Below, in pieces: positions 17,360 to 22,484 of a DNA stretch of 22,484 nucleotides. The position numbers and the translations under genes were made by a program. The notes under the pieces are model-generated. The model had not been told where the DNA came from and searched no databases. It was given only the letters and a program-made list of their open reading frames with translations. Numbering within the stretch: the first letter of the stretch is position 1; every line of letters starts with the position of its first letter. This stretch comes from an uncultured virus (IMG/VR IMGVR_UViG_3300021958_000026) (lineage: Duplodnaviria; Heunggongvirae; Uroviricota; Caudoviricetes), in the IMG/VR virus record IMGVR_UViG_3300021958_000026; one strand, 5' to 3'.

Positions 17360-18078
17360 TTCCTGCACGTTGGAAGTCAACTCGATTCGAAGGTAAACCC
17401 CTCGAACTTATAAATGGTATCCCTATGATTCATAGGGTTTATAATCAATGCATCCAAGCAGAGTCCTTAGATAGAGTTGTTGTTCTTACAGACGATGAAC
17501 GAATCAATCAGTACTGTGCATCAAATGAAATACCATGTGTTGTGGTGGACGAACCATGTCACACTGGAACAGACCGATGTGCAAAAGCAATTGAGATACT
17601 TGATGGGGATTACTTCGTAAACATTCAAGGTGACGAACCTGTCATCGACCCTTACACTATTGACACTTTGGTACGTACTTTTGCAGAGTCACCGAATACT
17701 TGCGTAGGGAATGCGTATGTACGTATTACTGATTACTTTAAAATAGAAGATAGAAATGTGGTTAAGGTAGTTTGCGATGATAGTAGACAAGCAATGTTCT
17801 ACTCTAGATTACCTATTCCTTATCCCAAGTGTGATGATACAGATGTGGTTGACTATTATCAACAACTAGGATTGTATGTGTTCACAAGAAGAGGGTTAGA
17901 ACTCTTCTCTCAGTTAGAACAAAGACCACTAGAAGAAGCAGAACAAATTGAGATGTTACGATACTTAGAACATGGATACGATGTACAAATGGTTGAAGTC
18001 AAAGATGTAGGACTGTCCGTAGACACACCTGAAGACTTAAAGAAAGTTGAAGAGTATCTTAAACTGTTAAGTTGCTAA
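17308..18078 (+). CDS. kdsB: 3-deoxy-D-manno-octulosonate cytidylyltransferase (CMP-KDO synthetase)
   Basis: 256 aa. IPARWKSTRFEGKPL, TDDERI, HTGTDRC, VNIQGDEP, VKVV, FYSRLPIP, GLY, LE..EQIEMLR.LE.G, VDTPEDL. GGTGA SD before ATG 17308. Confidence 0.92.
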   Translation: MRTLSKPTVGLNQVIGLIPARWKSTRFEGKPLELINGIPMIHRVYNQCIQAESLDRVVVLTDDERINQYCASNEIPCVVVDEPCHTGTDRCAKAIEILDGDYFVNIQGDEPVIDPYTIDTLVRTFAESPNTCVGNAYVRITDYFKIEDRNVVKVVCDDSRQAMFYSRLPIPYPKCDDTDVVDYYQQLGLYVFTRRGLELFSQLEQRPLEEAEQIEMLRYLEHGYDVQMVEVKDVGLSVDTPEDLKKVEEYLKLLSC

Positions 18079-20142
18079 TGCAGCTGTACGACCTATTGAT
18101 GGGTCTGAGTTTCTAGTACTAATCTTACTTGATATTTGTGTTTGACTGTTAGATACGTTTTGTTGTGTCACCATTGAAGTAGACATCACTGCATTCATAG
18201 CAGTTTGTTTTGCACTGTCCACATCATCTTGTCCCTGTTTTAACATTGCTGCAGTTCTAACTTCATCGTTTGGTATGATGTTACCACTCTGACTTGGAGT
18301 AAATATTTCAGGGCCTTTCTCGCCAACAAGATAAGAGTTTCCTTTTGCAACTGGGCCACCCATTGCTCTCTCACCATCTACTTCATCATCACCACCGAAT
18401 CCTAACCATCCACCAACAGTGTCTTTGACGTTACCCCAACTAAATGTTTCTTTTATCCAGTCCCACACCTTTCCTACTTGTTCATTAATAAAACCAAATA
18501 GACTAAATGACTCTCCGTCTTCAGACAACTGGAATCCAAAGATTCCTGCAATCCACTCTATAACCGAAGAGTAAACACCGTCTATGAATTTTAATAAAGA
18601 CCAACCACCTTCTCCATCATCACCTTCTGATTTACCCCAAGCAAAAATACCTTTAAACCAACCGACAACTGTATCAAAGAGACCGAATATAAACTCTGAC
18701 ATTCTGAAAGGTTCATCAGGGTCACCCCAACCAAATATACCTTTTATGAAATTAATTGCCATGTTAACTGGTAACATGACTATGTCTATCAATCGTCCAA
18801 ATAGACTTGTGTCTTCATCAAATTTAAATAGGTCTGTAATCGATTTAAATGCAGATTTAATTCCACCCCATATCGCACCTATTACAACTTTACCGTATTC
18901 GTATATTTTTCCAAAGAACCATTGAATTGAATCAAAGAACCATGGGAACTTCTCATCAAATACTTTGAGTGCCTTATATGCAAGTACAGCAAGAGCTACA
19001 ACTGCAACACCAATTAGAATGAATGGCATCATCCCTAGAATCATAGAACCTAAGGATATAAGTGCTGTTCCTGCAAAGACAAGTGCAGATTTTAAGAATG
19101 CACCTGCACCAACAAGGAATGCCTTACCTGCCATTGCAAGGGTTTTAAATGCTTTACCAAAACTTGAAAATGCACCTTTAATTCCACCCATGAAATTTTT
19201 TGATATCTTCCCAATACCTGTTTTAAATCTTTTGGGACTAAGTGACTCACCGATACCATCTTTAAATGCAACAAGTTTATCTTTTAGTTCTGTTCCTGCA
19301 CTGACACCGTCTGCATCACCTTTTGCAAATTTACCCTTGTTGTCTCTAACCTTCCCCTGTGCATCAACTTTCTTTTTACCAAAAAGACCACTAATTCTAT
19401 CAGGGAATTGTTTAAAGTTTTTAATACCTGCTGAAAGACCTTGGTCAAATTCTGCAGAACGGTCTCTGAATAGATTTACAAAACCATCAGAAAATGAAGT
19501 TAATCCTTCTTTAATTTTTTTATTAAAGTTACCTATATTTCTAGGCAATATAGCTCCATAATTCAACAATCCTGTAAACATTTCTGCAACACCAGCACCA
19601 ACTGATATGATACCAGTTAAAGTACTTTGTAGTCCTCCGAAGAACTCTCCTAGTTTACCTGTGCCTGCAGTAAGGTCTACGAGACCAAAGGTGAGACCTT
19701 TGATACCTTCTTGAATTGAATTCATACCTTGTGATACACGTTCAAATCCACGTGCAACACCAAAGGATTGACGGTTGATATCTTTTTCTTTCTCTACAAT
19801 TTTCTCTTGATTCTCTACACTCTTCTTGAGAACCTTTTCTTTCTCTTCAAAAGTATCTGTAAGGCTTTCTAGTTTAGAAGTATAGTCAGAGAGAACTGCA
19901 GAATGTTCGGCAGAACCTTCTTTCAACATGGATAACTCTGCATCACGTTGTCGTGCAAGTTCAACTTGTTGACTGTCAAATTGGTCTTTTGCACTCTTTA
20001 GACTTGCATTGTAGGATTGCAATGTAGCACGTGCTGCATAGAGTGGACTTGATGCCTTCATGAATCCTTGAGTTGCATTAGAGAATGCAGTCCCAAGTTT
20101 TTTAAGGGGGTCTATCAACAAGTCTGTGTTGTTATCTGCCAT
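18067..20142 (-). CDS. Tail tape-measure-like protein (functional gp29 equivalent)
   Basis: 691 aa. N-terminal coiled coil, central hydrophobic segments (MILGMMPFILIGVAVVALAVLAY), periodic W/F amphipathic repeats and C-terminal RAMGGPV..G..YLVGEKGPEIFTP..SG.IIPN. Lies downstream of gp26/gp51. Confidence 0.75.
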   Translation of the reverse strand: MADNNTDLLIDPLKKLGTAFSNATQGFMKASSPLYAARATLQSYNASLKSAKDQFDSQQVELARQRDAELSMLKEGSAEHSAVLSDYTSKLESLTDTFEEKEKVLKKSVENQEKIVEKEKDINRQSFGVARGFERVSQGMNSIQEGIKGLTFGLVDLTAGTGKLGEFFGGLQSTLTGIISVGAGVAEMFTGLLNYGAILPRNIGNFNKKIKEGLTSFSDGFVNLFRDRSAEFDQGLSAGIKNFKQFPDRISGLFGKKKVDAQGKVRDNKGKFAKGDADGVSAGTELKDKLVAFKDGIGESLSPKRFKTGIGKISKNFMGGIKGAFSSFGKAFKTLAMAGKAFLVGAGAFLKSALVFAGTALISLGSMILGMMPFILIGVAVVALAVLAYKALKVFDEKFPWFFDSIQWFFGKIYEYGKVVIGAIWGGIKSAFKSITDLFKFDEDTSLFGRLIDIVMLPVNMAINFIKGIFGWGDPDEPFRMSEFIFGLFDTVVGWFKGIFAWGKSEGDDGEGGWSLLKFIDGVYSSVIEWIAGIFGFQLSEDGESFSLFGFINEQVGKVWDWIKETFSWGNVKDTVGGWLGFGGDDEVDGERAMGGPVAKGNSYLVGEKGPEIFTPSQSGNIIPNDEVRTAAMLKQGQDDVDSAKQTAMNAVMSTSMVTQQNVSNSQTQISSKISTRNSDPSIGRTAALAT

Positions 20143-20154
20143 TTATTTAAATTC

Positions 20155-20547
20155 CTATTGTTTACTGAATGCTTTACCAGCTTCAGCAATACCAAATGAA
20201 CCTAAGGTTACTACTACGAATGAAGTGTAGATAGTGTCAGAGATTTGTAGGTCTTGTCCCCAAAATCCTGTTACTAAATCTACAATACCGAATGCAAGCA
20301 TCATTAAGAAAGATGCGAAACCAATGATTGATTTCTCATTGATATCGTTCTCATCTCTAAACAATGCACCAAACGAAAACTTCGTTTGGGGTTTTGCAGC
20401 CATAGTTGCAATCTTCAGTTCCTTTGACATTTTTTCCATCTCTTTAATCTTGTCGTTTGCCTCATCTAGTTTTAACACTAGATTAGTGTACTTATCAAGA
20501 TCAATCTCGACTTCATTTCTGCCTGTGTCTACTGTTTCTGTTGTCAT
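20155..20547 (-). CDS. Small membrane protein with coiled coil and two TM helices, possibly holin-like
   Basis: 130 aa. Charged coiled-coil N-half, then hydrophobic SIIGFASFLMMLAFGIVDLVTGFW and IYTSFVVVTLGSFGIA. GAGGA SD. The holin role is a guess. Confidence 0.6.
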   Translation of the reverse strand: MTTETVDTGRNEVEIDLDKYTNLVLKLDEANDKIKEMEKMSKELKIATMAAKPQTKFSFGALFRDENDINEKSIIGFASFLMMLAFGIVDLVTGFWGQDLQISDTIYTSFVVVTLGSFGIAEAGKAFSKQ

Positions 20548-20582
20548 TATGTGTCCTCTAAATTAAATCACGTACACATAAT
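20546..20582 (-). promoter_or_regulatory. 9-bp inverted repeat that would sequester the start region of the 130-aa gene
   Basis: ATTATGTGT (20546-20554) and ACACATAAT (20574-20582) are perfect complements. One arm includes the AT of the ATG. Confidence 0.5.
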
Positions 20583-20589
20583 ATAAAAA

Positions 20590-20757
20590 TTATCGTCTCA
20601 TTTTTTGTTTCTCCTGCTTCATCTTTTCTTCTTCAAGATGTGCAAGGAGAAGTCTAATGTAAACCTCTCTTTCCCACGGCATCATTCCATCTAATTCAGT
20701 TAACGAATACTTGTGGTGTTGCATTAACTGAAAATTGGTCTCATAATAATTGACCAT
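20590..20757 (-). CDS. gp51: gp51-like baseplate hub assembly protein (55 aa; probably also the C-terminal part of a gp26 frameshift fusion)
   Basis: Below the ORF-track cutoff. Read by hand: MVNYYETNFQLMQHHKYSLTELDGMMPWEREVYIRLLLAHLEEEKMKQEKQKMRR*, the YY.TNF.LMQHHKYSLTEL..MMPWERE.Y motif of marine T4-like gp51. Confidence 0.85.
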   Translation of the reverse strand: MVNYYETNFQLMQHHKYSLTELDGMMPWEREVYIRLLLAHLEEEKMKQEKQKMRR

Positions 20758-20777
20758 ATTCTCATGAGAAAGAGCTA

Positions 20778-21482
20778 TTAAAAAAAACTTTGTAGTCCTT
20801 GTAATAGTCTACTTTGCTCTTTGTTACATAAATTACACTGGAACTCGACTTCTTTTTCAAGTCTAGGCATGTCTTCAAAGAACTCAGAAATTAATTGAAC
20901 CTGTTGCATGGTTAAACTTTCAACAAACTCATCCAAGTCTTCTTTTGAAACATCAGAAGATTCATAAACATTTTCTTCATCGAAGATTGTGTCTATACTC
21001 TTTTTCAACACTTCCATTGTCATTTCATCTTCTGCAATATCACCCATTGTACTCATTGCTCCAACTGAGGGAACTTTAAGTGTCAAACCAGTTGTGTCAT
21101 TTAACATAACTTTATTGTCTTCAGGTATAGAACCTTTTACTTCAACATCATCAAGTTTAATCTTGACTTGTCCTGACCCTTGACAATCTGTTTCACCACA
21201 TCCAACTACAACGTCTGCAGATTCACCAACTGATACTGACCTAATCTTTAAGAAAAGATATTCAAGGTCAATCATCATTAATGCATCCACATCCAATGAG
21301 TCAAATGTCACATTACTAATAAGTGTCTTCACTGCATCTAAAATCTGTGCATTGCTTTCACTCTCTCTTGCCAACATTAAAACTTTCTGTTCTTTAACTA
21401 AGAACGGTCTATACTTTACAGTACGACCATCACTAGGTAACTCACATGTGTAAGTTGGCGTTGTTTGGATTGGTAATCCCAT
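20778..21482 (-). CDS. gp26: gp26-like baseplate hub assembly protein / tail assembly chaperone
   Basis: 234 aa. LP...TP.Y..ELPS.G..VKYRPFLVKEQK.L, DLEYLFLKIR..SVGE, C...C and C..C pairs, FFE.MP.L, ending GLQSFF. GGAG SD. Confidence 0.88.
   Translation of the reverse strand: MGLPIQTTPTYTCELPSDGRTVKYRPFLVKEQKVLMLARESESNAQILDAVKTLISNVTFDSLDVDALMMIDLEYLFLKIRSVSVGESADVVVGCGETDCQGSGQVKIKLDDVEVKGSIPEDNKVMLNDTTGLTLKVPSVGAMSTMGDIAEDEMTMEVLKKSIDTIFDEENVYESSDVSKEDLDEFVESLTMQQVQLISEFFEDMPRLEKEVEFQCNLCNKEQSRLLQGLQSFF
20781..20787 (-). promoter_or_regulatory. Candidate -1 ribosomal frameshift site (T TTT TTT)
   Basis: AGT TTT TTT TAA at the end of gp26. A -1 slip reads TTA ATA GCT CTT TCT CAT GAG AAT ATG, in frame with gp51. 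Confidence 0.65.
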
Positions 21483-21503
21483 AATCTACTCCATTATTAT
21501 AAT

Positions 21504-22253
21504 CTATCCGAAGATAGAACCAATTCGACTTAATCTTTCATCCAGTTTATTCAGACGGTCATTGAAAGAATTACCTTTACCAAACCTGTCTGCAATCTTT
21601 CCACCTTCCAAAAGAATATCGAGAATCTTTCTTCCTTTATTTATAAGACTTCCTGCAGATGGATCTTCCACATATCTTGTTGAGAATGTTCTAAATGCAA
21701 TTGTGCAAGTAAATCTCATAATACTATCGGTTGATGTTGAATTTAGTTCCATAGGTGCAAATGCAACTGGATATGCTTCGAATAATCTATACTCTAATGC
21801 ACCCTTACCATTTTGTCTTAATTGTTTAATTATCACTTCACCAATGTAATTGTTATAGTATGAATAAGTGGGTTTTGCACGATTACCTGATGCAACAATA
21901 TTGTTTGATGGGCCATCTTCAGTATCACCTTCTGTGGTGGTTGATGCACCACCACTTATGATTTCATCCATCCATGCTTCGATTAGAAATCTATCTGCAA
22001 AAGATGAATCACATAAGAAAGTGAAGTCAACCTGACCACCATCGTATGCAGTTTGAAATGGTAAGTTTCTAATAGGCCCGTATTCTGAAAACTGAGAAGT
22101 TTCTAACTGTCTGCCTGGCAAACTGCAAGATTCAACTCTTAATCCTTCCCAATTAAGTCCTAGATTAGTACAATAAAAATCTACTTCAAATCTATTGGCT
22201 CTAGCACCATTATCAAAATTACTTTTAAATTTATCTATATCTAAATGACTCAT
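21504..22253 (-). CDS. Tail-tube-fold protein (gp54 tail tube initiator / gp19-like)
   Basis: 249 aa. ARANRFEV, S.SLPGR.L.T, FTF.CD....R...E.W...I, YY..Y.G.V.I.QL, Y.L.EAYP......L.......I..F..T..FR. Tail tube family pattern, located between gp2 and gp26. Confidence 0.7.
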   Translation of the reverse strand: MSHLDIDKFKSNFDNGARANRFEVDFYCTNLGLNWEGLRVESCSLPGRQLETSQFSEYGPIRNLPFQTAYDGGQVDFTFLCDSSFADRFLIEAWMDEIISGGASTTTEGDTEDGPSNNIVASGNRAKPTYSYYNNYIGEVIIKQLRQNGKGALEYRLFEAYPVAFAPMELNSTSTDSIMRFTCTIAFRTFSTRYVEDPSAGSLINKGRKILDILLEGGKIADRFGKGNSFNDRLNKLDERLSRIGSIFG

Positions 22254-22483
22254 CCAAATTTCCTTCTACTATCTGCATACACTGTGTTTGCATTCGTGTT
22301 AAATCTTTGAAGTGGTAACATACTTACCACATCCCAGTGTTCAGGTAATACTCTTTGTATCCTACTATCGATGTGTGACCATAGATAACGTTTTACACAT
22401 GGAATGCCGTACTTCAATTTACTGACTGACTTTAATAATTCATAAGTTAGTTTAAATCTTGCACCTTCTTCTAAATCTTCATC
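22250..22483 (-). CDS. gp2: DNA end protector protein gp2, C-terminal part; starts beyond the right edge
   Basis: Reads ...RFKLTYELLKSVSKLKYGIPCVKRYLWSHIDSRIQRVLPEHWDVVSMLPLQRFNTNANTVYADSRRKFG*, matching the gp2 PC.KRYL..H..S........W.....LP...F.....V..DS pattern. Its TGA overlaps the next ATG. Confidence 0.85.
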   Translation of the reverse strand, partial: DEDLEEGARFKLTYELLKSVSKLKYGIPCVKRYLWSHIDSRIQRVLPEHWDVVSMLPLQRFNTNANTVYADSRRKFG

Positions 22484-22484
22484 A

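Noticed and set aside
18584..19561. 113-aa and 198-aa plus-strand ORFs
   Set aside because: Pro/Asn-rich mirror translations of the Gly/Phe-rich tape measure gene.
20144..20151. TTTAAATA late-promoter-like box before the tape measure gene
   Set aside because: It is only 1 nt from the ATG, so transcription would start inside the ORF. It is more simply the AT-rich spacer after an AGGA SD.
21481..21506. 8-bp direct repeat (TAGATTAT on the minus strand) flanking the gp26 SD
   Set aside because: Short and AT-rich, so plausible by chance. No other copies were noticed.
1..22484. Stop-codon reassignment, CRISPR array, tRNA/rRNA, or diversity-generating retroelement repeats
   Set aside because: TAA, TAG and TGA all end full-length genes. 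Coding density leaves no room for RNA genes or arrays, and I saw no long nucleotide repeats or reverse transcriptase.

Overview
AT-rich (roughly 35% GC by eye) segment of a T4-like myovirus resembling marine cyanophage/pelagiphage-type T4-likes; the host cannot be determined from this window. It holds the baseplate/tail morphogenesis module, mostly on the minus strand. In transcription order: gp2 (partial), gp54/gp19-like, gp26, a 55-aa gp51-like ORF missed by the ORF track, a small 2-TM holin-like protein and a tape-measure-like protein. Then gp48, gp53, gp27-like hub, lysozyme-less gp5, an 862-aa unknown protein, gp25, gp6, a 158-aa MADKKISAL protein, gp7, gp8 and a partial VrlC-like structural protein. 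A short plus-strand unit (gp4, HAD phosphatase, kdsB CMP-KDO synthetase) sits in the middle behind a T4 late promoter (TATAAATA). Highlights: (1) a T-TTT-TTT slippery site at the end of gp26 puts gp51 exactly in the -1 frame, like a lambda G/GT or P2 E/E' tail-chaperone frameshift upstream of the tape measure gene; (2) a large three-repeat helical protein with an inserted domain occupies the usual PAAR slot after gp5; (3) a KDO-activation cassette appears to be late-expressed; (4) several compact regulatory arrangements. All family assignments come from motif recognition and synteny, not database searches.
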